Below the pieces are notes generated by a model, which did not search any database, was not told the origin of the DNA, and saw only the letters and a list, made by a program, of their open reading frames with translations. Shown piece after piece: positions 28,444 to 36,496 of a DNA stretch of 64,000 nt (positions are counted from its first letter, which is position 1; each line of letters begins with the position of its first letter). Source of the stretch: an uncultured Candidatus Saccharibacteria bacterium (GTDB lineage Bacteria > Patescibacteriota > Minisyncoccia > UBA6257 > WO2-44-18). The stretch lies in assembly GCA_964637575.1 (NCBI GenBank), contig CAZWVU010000001.1:53009-117008 (forward strand). The letters are read 5' to 3'. The translations under genes were made by a program, and so were the position numbers.

Positions 28444-29486
28444 ATTTTTTTATACGATCGCGCCGCCTTTTCCCAGGACATCCCGTGCGCGAACACGACC
28501 GATTCCTTCGCAAAAGAAGCCTTTATTTTTTGGTCACGTAAAAGAATCCTCATCATCTCCGCCGCCGCGTTCGCGTCGCGCGCCGGCACAAGAAAACCGT
28601 TTTTCCCGTCATTGATCGCGTCTTCGGCGCCCGTGTCGCGCGTGCCGATCACCGGCAATCCGTTGGCCGCCGCCTCCAGAAAGACGAGGCCGAACCCTTC
28701 CAAATCCTTTCCGATATCCTGCGAAAGCAGCATAAAAAGCTCGGCATGCTGATACAGCGCGGCCAAAAAGTCCTGGGGAATATGCTCCAGAAAAATAATT
28801 CTGTTTTCCAATTTTAAATTCGAAATTTTAATTTTTAAATTTTGGTGTTCCGGCCCGCCGCCGACAATCACGTATTTCAAATCGGGAAATTCCCCGGCGA
28901 TTGCGGCAAATGCTTCTATTGAGTAATCAAATCCTTTCCGCTTCTTGAGCGATCCGACGCTCAATACAAACGGCTTCAGAGGATCGAGCTCCTTTTCATA
29001 TCCGGATACAATGTTCCGGAAACGGCTGACATCCACACCATGGTGGATCACTTCTATCGGCAGGCCGGGAATCACGGCAAGAATTTCCCGTTTCGTGTTA
29101 TTGCTTACCGCCACCACCCGATCCGCCCGACGGTAGGCCCACGCCATCAGCATTTTTTGGAACGGCCGGTGGAGCGGTTGAACCGCGCCGGTACCGATCG
29201 CGGTAATAATCAGCTTTTTCTTCAAGCCGATCGAGGCGAGCGCCGCCACGACACCGTAAGGCCAGCCGTCCAGCGCATGGATGACATCGCACTGCTTCAT
29301 TATTCTCCGGATCGCTGGCAGGGCGAGCAATAATTTCAATTTGTTCGGAAAGATAAGATTCTCCGAAGTCAGGATGTCAAATTCCACCCCGGGAATTACC
29401 CGCTCCACCGCCCGGGAGAAATCGTTGAAAAACCGGCCGGCGCCGGTATTAGTCCGGGTGTCGTGGTTAAGATAACAGATGCGCAT
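28425..29486 (-). CDS. GT4 (family 1) glycosyltransferase
   Basis: 353 aa; EGFGLVFLEAAANGLPVIGT EX7E-type motif. Confidence 0.7.
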   Translation of the reverse strand: MRICYLNHDTRTNTGAGRFFNDFSRAVERVIPGVEFDILTSENLIFPNKLKLLLALPAIRRIMKQCDVIHALDGWPYGVVAALASIGLKKKLIITAIGTGAVQPLHRPFQKMLMAWAYRRADRVVAVSNNTKREILAVIPGLPIEVIHHGVDVSRFRNIVSGYEKELDPLKPFVLSVGSLKKRKGFDYSIEAFAAIAGEFPDLKYVIVGGGPEHQNLKIKISNLKLENRIIFLEHIPQDFLAALYQHAELFMLLSQDIGKDLEGFGLVFLEAAANGLPVIGTRDTGAEDAINDGKNGFLVPARDANAAAEMMRILLRDQKIKASFAKESVVFAHGMSWEKAARSYKKIYDVRD

Positions 29487-29504
29487 TACTTAAACCTACC
29501 TCAA

Positions 29505-30281
29505 CTAATCGTTGTCTGTCATCTTGGAGGGTCCTGCTACCGCGGCCTTCTTTTTCAAGACGTAGACAATTTTCGGCCCCCACCGCTGATCGAGTTTTTC
29601 TTTCAGGAAAGGATGCCGGCCGGCAATCCCATAAAGAACTTTACGGATCGCCCCCTTCATGCCTTCGAAAATTCTCGGATTGATAAAATATTCCGTGCCG
29701 ATGCAATCGAAATACCGCAGAACGGTTTTTGTAAAGATCGCGGGTGTCAGAATGGCAATGTGATTATTGCGCTCGTGGTAACCGGGCAGATCGCCGTGCA
29801 TGCGAAAATAATTCCGGTGAGAAGGCGAGGTGATATTAATCGCCGAATAGATAAGCAGGCCATTTGGTTTGAGAACCCGGTGCGCTTCCCGGATAAAATT
29901 GTGCGGATTCTCCAGGTGCGGCACCACACACCAGGCGGTGATCAGGTTAAAAAAATTATCGGTCCACGGCAATTTTTCATAGCTCAAATCCGCGGTCTTA
30001 AATTCCTTCGCAATTTTTTTCGCTTCCGGCTGAAGATAGTCATCAATGTCCACGCCGTACAAGTTATGGAACCCCGCCTCTTTCAGATCAAAAAAGAATT
30101 TTCCGCTCGCGGTTCCACAGTCCAACACGTTCAATTCCGCCGGCGCAAGATTCTCCCGCGCCATCCATTTCTTCACCACGTCAATACTAAACCCGTGCCT
30201 CACGGCCGGACCCACAAACTCCCTGTTGCGCGCTTTTACTGACTGACTGTCTTTAATTTCTTCCGGCCGGAAATAATCCAT
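29505..30281 (-). CDS. SAM-dependent methyltransferase (paralog group A)
   Basis: 258 aa; FKTADLSYEKLPWTDNFFNLITAWCVVPHLENPHNFIREAHRVLKPNG. Confidence 0.6.
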   Translation of the reverse strand: MDYFRPEEIKDSQSVKARNREFVGPAVRHGFSIDVVKKWMARENLAPAELNVLDCGTASGKFFFDLKEAGFHNLYGVDIDDYLQPEAKKIAKEFKTADLSYEKLPWTDNFFNLITAWCVVPHLENPHNFIREAHRVLKPNGLLIYSAINITSPSHRNYFRMHGDLPGYHERNNHIAILTPAIFTKTVLRYFDCIGTEYFINPRIFEGMKGAIRKVLYGIAGRHPFLKEKLDQRWGPKIVYVLKKKAAVAGPSKMTDND

Positions 30282-31064
30282 TTAGGTATTTAAAATGTAA
30301 AAATTTTTAAACAATTCCACCACCAACACCGGGCCGGTACCCCCAGGAGTCGGCGTGTAAAAACCGAGAGCGTCCAGCCCGGAACTTTGGGTGTCGAGGT
30401 CGCCGGAGATTTTCCCGTTGACCATATCGAACCCGAAATCGATCACCCCAGCCCCCGGCTTCAGCATTCCCGGCTTCAGCAAGCCGGCTTTACCGGCGCC
30501 GGCAATCACAAGGTCGCAATCCTTAATTCTCGAAAAATCGGTTTTGGTGTGAAAAATGATCACCTCCCGGCATTGATTATAAAGCCATTTCGCAACCGGA
30601 TCGCCGACCAGCAATCCGCGGCCGACCACGCCGACAACTTTCTCTTTAATGTCCACTTTCGCTTCGGCCAGCACATCCTTCACCACTTCCACCGCCAGCG
30701 CAGAAACCGGCGACTCCGCCGTCAGCGCGTCCACATCCTTTTTCGGGAAAATGGCCGCGAGAATTTTCCCGCGGTTGAACTTTTCCGGCAAAGGCAGCTG
30801 AACCAGAATGCCGCCAATTTCTTTATCGACGCCCAGATGCGTGATCTCGGCAATCAATTCGGCCTGGGAAATATCCGCCGACAGGGTAATCAGCCGGAAC
30901 TCCACGCCAAGCTCTTCGGCGATTTTCCTTTTCTGCTTGAGAAAGCTCTCGGAGGCAGCGCTTTCGCCGACAAACACCGCGGCCAGCGCCTTGGTGGGCT
31001 TGGGCAGTTTCTTCAATTGCTCAATTATTTTCCGGGCAATAGATTTTCCATCGATAACAATCAT
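30282..31064 (-). CDS. folD: Bifunctional methylene-THF dehydrogenase / methenyl-THF cyclohydrolase
   Basis: 260 aa; MIVIDGKSIARKI...LAAVFVGESAASESF; overall FolD layout. Confidence 0.65.
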   Translation of the reverse strand: MIVIDGKSIARKIIEQLKKLPKPTKALAAVFVGESAASESFLKQKRKIAEELGVEFRLITLSADISQAELIAEITHLGVDKEIGGILVQLPLPEKFNRGKILAAIFPKKDVDALTAESPVSALAVEVVKDVLAEAKVDIKEKVVGVVGRGLLVGDPVAKWLYNQCREVIIFHTKTDFSRIKDCDLVIAGAGKAGLLKPGMLKPGAGVIDFGFDMVNGKISGDLDTQSSGLDALGFYTPTPGGTGPVLVVELFKNFYILNT

Positions 31065-31113
31065 GAAAAATTTTAAAGTTTAAATTTGAAATTTAAAATA
31101 AATGATTAAATTC

Positions 31114-32325
31114 TTAATAAGGCAGGGGAAATTTTTTGGCCAGCGCCGTAACTTCCTTCCGGACAAATTCCTTTTTCACAAGCGCCCGCTGGATCAATCC
31201 GGCGATTGTTTTCATCTGCGGTTCTTTCATCCCGCGGGTGGTGACCGCCGGAACGCCGATGCGGATGCCGGAAGGCTTGAAAGGGCTCTGATCGCCCGGG
31301 ATGGTGTTGCGGTTCGCAGTGATCCCGTTTTTCTCGAGCAGCTGCTCCGCGGTCATACCGTCCAGATTGACGCTCCGCATGTCGGCCAGCATTAAATGAT
31401 TGTCGGTTCCGCCGGTGACAAGCGTGAAGCCCAGGCGGACCAGTTCGGCCGCGAGCACCTTGGCATTTTTCAAAATCTGCTGCTGATATTTTTTAAAACC
31501 CGGCAGAGCCGCTTCAAAAAACATCAGCGCTTTGGCCGCGGTGAGATTATTATGCGGGCCTCCCTGCATGCCCGGAAATACCGCTTTATCGATCGCCTCC
31601 GCCAGGTTTATTTTTGAGAAGATTGCGGCGCCGCGCGGTCCGCGCAGTGTTTTATGAGTCGTCATCATCACCGCGTCGCTGTGGAGAAACGGGGATACGT
31701 GCACGCCGGCCAGCACCAGCCCGGCAATATGGGAGATGTCGGCGACATGATACGCACCGACGGAGTGGGCGATTTCGCCGAAGCGGCGGAAATTAATTTC
31801 CCGGGGATAGGCAGTGAGGCCGGAAACGATCACTTTTGGCCTGTGTTCTTTCGCAAGTTTTTCGATTTCGCCGTAATCCAGAAGTCCCGTCCGCTCATCA
31901 ACGCCGTAATGAATTACCTTATACGCCTTACCGGAAAAATTCACTTTGTGTCCGTGGGTGAGATGGCCGCCGGAAGAAAGCTTCAAGCCCATCAGCGTAT
32001 CGCCGAAATTCATGAGGGCCGCGTAGATGGCAATATTCGCCGGCGATCCGGAATAGGGCTGGACGTTCACCGCCCACTCCTCCGGTTTCAGATCGAACGC
32101 TTCCAGGCCGCGTTTCTTCGCGAGATTTTCAATTTGATCATAGTATTCATTGCCCGGGTAATATCGCCTGCCCGGATACCCCTCGGAATACTTATTGGTA
32201 AGCGGCGAGCCGATCACGGAAAGCATGTCTTGGGAAACATAATTCTCCGACGCGATCAGGTCGATGGTTTCTTTTTGCCGCTTGGTCTCCTCTTGTATTA
32301 AACGCCCGAGAATTTTATCTTTCAT
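31114..32325 (-). CDS. glyA: Serine hydroxymethyltransferase
   Basis: 403 aa; DLIASENYVSQDMLSVIGSPLTNKYSEGYPGRRYY, PLP-Lys region HKTLRGPRG. Confidence 0.85.
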   Translation of the reverse strand: MKDKILGRLIQEETKRQKETIDLIASENYVSQDMLSVIGSPLTNKYSEGYPGRRYYPGNEYYDQIENLAKKRGLEAFDLKPEEWAVNVQPYSGSPANIAIYAALMNFGDTLMGLKLSSGGHLTHGHKVNFSGKAYKVIHYGVDERTGLLDYGEIEKLAKEHRPKVIVSGLTAYPREINFRRFGEIAHSVGAYHVADISHIAGLVLAGVHVSPFLHSDAVMMTTHKTLRGPRGAAIFSKINLAEAIDKAVFPGMQGGPHNNLTAAKALMFFEAALPGFKKYQQQILKNAKVLAAELVRLGFTLVTGGTDNHLMLADMRSVNLDGMTAEQLLEKNGITANRNTIPGDQSPFKPSGIRIGVPAVTTRGMKEPQMKTIAGLIQRALVKKEFVRKEVTALAKKFPLPY

Positions 32326-32362
32326 TTTTTATGCGGTTTGGTTACACTGATTTTAACGCACC

Positions 32363-33106
32363 ATGCGCTATTTTACCACTGAAGAATTAAAGGAGAACAA
32401 CCGTGACGAGGTGGCGCGCGTCCTCAAGGATTGCGTGGGAAAAAACGTCCGCTACAACCTCGCGTTTGAACTTATTGAAGACTACGCGAAACGCGCCCCG
32501 GCGCCGCAGGAGGTAACAATTCTGGACCTCGGAGTGGCGAGCGGGTATTTTTTAAAACAACTGCACAAGAAGGGGTACCGGAATCTTTTTGCCCATGACA
32601 TCGATGAATACCTGCCGCCGGAAACAAAAAAATTATTCCGGGAGTTCAAAACCGCGGAACTGAACACGGAGAAGCTTCCCTGGCCGGATAATTCCTTTGA
32701 TTTTGTCACCGCCTGGTGCGTCCTGCCGCACCTGGAAAATCCCTTCCATGCCGCCCGCGAGGCGCACCGCGTATTAAAACCAGGCGGCATCTTTCTTTTC
32801 AGCGCGCCCCATCTGACCTCCCGGGGCAGTATCGATTTTTTTCTGAAATACGGATATTTCGCAGGATACCGGGAAACCAACAATCACATCGCGATGCTGC
32901 CGCCCAGCATTGTTAAAAAAACGCTGTCCAAATATTTTACCGTGCTCGACCTGCAATATCTGGTGGTGCCGAAAATTTTCGCCGGCCTCAAGGGCCGCAT
33001 CCGGGAAGCATTATATGGATTTTCAAAACGTTTTCCCAGGTTTCGAACGTACCTGGGAAAACGCTGGGGTTATAACCTAATTTATATCCTGCAAAAACCG
33101 CAGTAA
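32363..33106 (+). CDS. SAM-dependent methyltransferase (paralog group A)
   Basis: 247 aa; FKTAELNTEKLPWPDNSFDFVTAWCVLPHLENPFHAAREAHRVLKPGG. Confidence 0.6.
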   Translation: MRYFTTEELKENNRDEVARVLKDCVGKNVRYNLAFELIEDYAKRAPAPQEVTILDLGVASGYFLKQLHKKGYRNLFAHDIDEYLPPETKKLFREFKTAELNTEKLPWPDNSFDFVTAWCVLPHLENPFHAAREAHRVLKPGGIFLFSAPHLTSRGSIDFFLKYGYFAGYRETNNHIAMLPPSIVKKTLSKYFTVLDLQYLVVPKIFAGLKGRIREALYGFSKRFPRFRTYLGKRWGYNLIYILQKPQ

Positions 33107-34444
33107 TTCGGAAGCAAGCCGCTGGCTGGAGTTTCCGTCAGTTTTATAACAAATCTGCTCAAGCGTTTTCTCCCGCTGCTCATTGTTCCGCGTCGGATCA
33201 TTGGCGTATGCCCCAATCGATTCAATCAGATCGTCTTCATTGGACGCCACGTGGCAACCGCCCCCGCGCGTCAGTGGCTGAAGATGTTCGAGGTCTAAAA
33301 ATTTCCGGATCCCGCCAAAACCGATCAGGATCACCGGTTTTTTAAAAAGCAGGGCGTCCACCGCGATGGTCGACGGGCCCGGCAACACCACGTCGCTGTG
33401 GGCAAGCGAGTTGATAAGATGCCGGTCGGCTTCGGAGTTCAGCTCTCCTTTTCCAAAAAGTTTTGCCGGCCGGTCAAACGCCATATTGGCAGGCGGGACA
33501 AAATTCCCCAGATCAACTTCGCCGATCAGCGGAAAACGTACCAGCACCTGAAATATTCGCGGGTCCAGCCGGCGCAGTAGTTCCAAAATCCGGCGGTTGT
33601 ATTCCTCATGACGCCCGGAAAACTGCTTATGGAGAAACATATCCGCGACGGCAACAAAAAGAATGGTTTTTTTGCCTGGATCAAGGCCGGCGCTCCGGAA
33701 AAATTCCGCGCGGGAATCGGTCCGGGTATTCAGGTATTTGTCATAGTGGGGAATTCCCACCACCACGACATCCCGCGCTGGAATGTGGTTATAGACCCGG
33801 CACTCTTCTTTGATCACCTCATTCCACACCGCGATCCGATCCGGCACCTCCCGGATAACTCCGCGGGTGGTCAGGTTGTCCCAGGAACGGACCATTCCGA
33901 TCACCGGAATCCCGTTCTTTTTCGCCTCCCGAATCAGATCAATGTCGCTGTCGCCGCTGCTCCGGTCGGTAATATCCGTCGAAAATACCAGCGCCGGTTT
34001 ATAGCGTTCGAAATAAATCCGGAATCTGTCGGACGGCAGGGTGTTCCGGTCCAGCCAGCGCACGAACAGGATTGCCGGCTTCCAACCCGCGCAGACGCCG
34101 GTCACGACCCGGCTGCCATAGTAACTGAATGCGGAAAGAACATTGCGGAAATTAGTGCGCATTTTCAAAAACATCCGGCTGGTATTGGTATTGATCAGAA
34201 GCCGCGACAGGGCGCCGATCAGAATTTTCCGCCGGCTCAACGGCGCCACCGGTACGCCTTCAATAATCACTTTTGCCGAGGAAAAATTCTTTTCCAGATA
34301 TTCCCTTTCCTTTTCCGGAGCGAGGATCACGACGCGCACGTTATCCGGACGCGTGACCATGTTCAGGAAATCCGTGTCCAGAAGATTGCGGACAACAAAG
34401 TTGGTAAAGGCCGTTATGAAAACGGTTTTCTGTTCCTGATTCAT
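33077..34444 (-). CDS. Unassigned GT-B-like paralog family member (455 aa, SWDNLT motif)
   Basis: GIPVIGMVRSWDNLTTRGVI; start overlaps (ATGA-type, 4 nt) the stop of the upstream CMP-sugar synthetase gene. Confidence 0.5.
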   Translation of the reverse strand: MNQEQKTVFITAFTNFVVRNLLDTDFLNMVTRPDNVRVVILAPEKEREYLEKNFSSAKVIIEGVPVAPLSRRKILIGALSRLLINTNTSRMFLKMRTNFRNVLSAFSYYGSRVVTGVCAGWKPAILFVRWLDRNTLPSDRFRIYFERYKPALVFSTDITDRSSGDSDIDLIREAKKNGIPVIGMVRSWDNLTTRGVIREVPDRIAVWNEVIKEECRVYNHIPARDVVVVGIPHYDKYLNTRTDSRAEFFRSAGLDPGKKTILFVAVADMFLHKQFSGRHEEYNRRILELLRRLDPRIFQVLVRFPLIGEVDLGNFVPPANMAFDRPAKLFGKGELNSEADRHLINSLAHSDVVLPGPSTIAVDALLFKKPVILIGFGGIRKFLDLEHLQPLTRGGGCHVASNEDDLIESIGAYANDPTRNNEQREKTLEQICYKTDGNSSQRLASELLRFLQDIN

Positions 34445-35166
34445 TTTTTGAATGCCAATGGCAGAAGCGCTTCCGCCATTTCCAGATCTTCCGCCGAATC
34501 AAGATCGAACGCGCTCAACCCGCTGATGATCAGGGGAAGGCACCGGTCGCCGATCGGTATATTTTTTTCCCGGATTACTTTCGGTGTAAAGACCCATAAA
34601 TTTCCGATCGCGTACCGCTTCGGCTTGGACTGGCGCGTGATATATTTGGCCCTCGCCTCCGGATCAACGAACTGAAGATAGCCATTTTCGTTGATCAGAC
34701 GGAGATTGATCGGATGGAAATCGTTCGGCACTTCCACTACGCTGGTAACCGAATCGGCCTCGGAATGCGCCTTGATTAACTCCAGCGCCGCGTCAATTTC
34801 GGCTGTTTTAATGAAAGGCGACGTAGCCTGGACCAGTATGATGTAATCAGGGATATACGATTCATGCGCTTCCAGCCATTCCAGCGTCTGACGGAGCACG
34901 GGCATGGTCGGAGTGCTGTCAGTGGCGAGCGCTGCCGGTCTCACATATGGAACTTCCGCGCCGAATTGTTTCGCCACGTCGGCAATTTCCCGGTCATCAG
35001 TGTTCACGATCAGCCGCGAAATGTGCCGGCTTTTTTTGACCGCTTCGATCGCGTAGGCGATGAGCGGTTTCCCGCCCAGCGGGACAATATTCTTTCCCGG
35101 TATCGATTTGGATCCTCCTCTGGCCGGAATGATCGCAAGGGTCCGCGGGGTTTCTGACATAACCAT
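34441..35166 (-). CDS. CMP-sugar synthetase (acylneuraminate cytidylyltransferase family), second copy
   Basis: 241 aa; AIIPARGGSKSIPGKNIVPLGGKPLIAYAIEA. Confidence 0.7.
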   Translation of the reverse strand: MVMSETPRTLAIIPARGGSKSIPGKNIVPLGGKPLIAYAIEAVKKSRHISRLIVNTDDREIADVAKQFGAEVPYVRPAALATDSTPTMPVLRQTLEWLEAHESYIPDYIILVQATSPFIKTAEIDAALELIKAHSEADSVTSVVEVPNDFHPINLRLINENGYLQFVDPEARAKYITRQSKPKRYAIGNLWVFTPKVIREKNIPIGDRCLPLIISGLSAFDLDSAEDLEMAEALLPLAFKK

Positions 35167-35202
35167 AAAATAACAGCAACAATGGGTTTTGGCAATTTCC
35201 GG

Positions 35203-35230
35203 TAATAAAAACCCCTCGAAAAGAGGGGTT
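35203..35230 (-). terminator. Intrinsic terminator after the SQD1-like gene
   Basis: Stem AACCCCTC/GAGGGGTT (35210-35217 / 35223-35230), loop GAAAA, U-run on the minus strand. Confidence 0.6.
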
Positions 35231-35235
35231 AGTAC

Positions 35236-36393
35236 TTAGCTTCTGCGCCACTTGATCCTGGGATTGATGATGTCCGGATCGATCTTCTGCTTCGCCTCAA
35301 CGACTTTGAGCAGCATCGAATTTACGAGGTCTTCGGAAAGGTTGATCGGTTTGAGACCGAGATTGAGAAGGTTCCGGTTGACCGCCTCGTAGTAGTGCTC
35401 TTCCTTTTCCACCCGGGGGTTCGGAATGTTGGCGATGTTCACGTCGAGGTTGAGTTTCTCGCCGGCCTCCTTGACCTTGCGCGCGAGCTCAAGAATCGTG
35501 AATGTTTCCGTGAACTGATTGAACACGCGGAACTCTCCGGGCTTCGCGGGATTGGTGACCGCGAGCTCCACGCACCTGATGGTATCGCGGATATTGAGGA
35601 ACCCGCGGGTCTGGCCGCCCTTCCCGTACACCGTGAGAGGAATGCCGGCCGCGGCCTGCACGCAAAACCGGTTCAGCGCGGTGCCGAAGACCTCGTCATA
35701 ATGGAAGCTGGTGAGAAGGTCGGGATGCAGTTCGGTACAGTCCGTCTCGATTCCATACACCACGCCCTGGTTCAGGTCGGTGGCCCGGATGTCCCAGAAG
35801 CGGCAGGCCGCTTCGATATTGGTGCTGTCGGCCACCTTGCTCGCGTGGTAGAACGAAGCCGGACGCTTCGGATAGAGCATGCGATCGGCGCGTCCTTTGT
35901 GAACCACGTCGATCCAGCCTTCTTCGATGGCGATGTTCGGCGTGCCGTACTCGCCCATCGTTCCAAGTTTGACCAGATGCGAATCGGGCATGTAACGCTT
36001 CATCGCGAAGAGCACGTTCATCGTTCCGATGATGTTGTTCTTCATGGTGTCGCACGCCTTCCGGGGACTGGCCATCGAATACGGCGCGGAGGGCTGCTCG
36101 GCATAGTGGATGATCGCCTCCGGCCGGAACTGCTCGAAGATCTCGAACAGAAACCGGTCATTTTCAGCGATGTCGCAGATCCGGTATTCGATGCCCTTGC
36201 CCGTAACTTTTTTCCAGGTCTTGATGCGCACCTGCAGCGTCGGCACCGCCCAGAGCGGCGTGGAGCTGTACTCCGCCTCCCACCGCCGCTTGATCATGTT
36301 GTCCACGATCATCACGTCGTGTCCGGCATTCGAAAAATGCATCGCCGTCGGCCAGCCGAGGTATCCGTCGCCACCCAGCACAAGAACCTTCAT
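35236..36393 (-). CDS. UDP-sulfoquinovose synthase (SQD1/Agl3)-like NAD-dependent epimerase/dehydratase
   Basis: 385 aa; MKVLVLGGDGYLGWPTAMHFSNAGHDVMIVDN resembles the SQD1-family N-terminus; AAGGAGG SD upstream. Confidence 0.5.
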   Translation of the reverse strand: MKVLVLGGDGYLGWPTAMHFSNAGHDVMIVDNMIKRRWEAEYSSTPLWAVPTLQVRIKTWKKVTGKGIEYRICDIAENDRFLFEIFEQFRPEAIIHYAEQPSAPYSMASPRKACDTMKNNIIGTMNVLFAMKRYMPDSHLVKLGTMGEYGTPNIAIEEGWIDVVHKGRADRMLYPKRPASFYHASKVADSTNIEAACRFWDIRATDLNQGVVYGIETDCTELHPDLLTSFHYDEVFGTALNRFCVQAAAGIPLTVYGKGGQTRGFLNIRDTIRCVELAVTNPAKPGEFRVFNQFTETFTILELARKVKEAGEKLNLDVNIANIPNPRVEKEEHYYEAVNRNLLNLGLKPINLSEDLVNSMLLKVVEAKQKIDPDIINPRIKWRRS

Positions 36394-36461
36394 GTCGCCT
36401 CCTTGGTTGTTCTGTAAAAATTACTACCCATATAGTCGCAAAAAATGGCACGTTAGTCAAC

Positions 36462-36496
36462 GCCAATAAAAAATCCCGGACACCTCCGGGATTTTA
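36462..36496 (-). terminator. Intrinsic terminator after the UDP-GlcNAc 2-epimerase gene
   Basis: Perfect palindrome ATCCCGGA / TCCGGGAT (36473-36480 / 36485-36492), extendable by A:T pairs, loop CACC, U-run on the minus strand. Confidence 0.65.
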
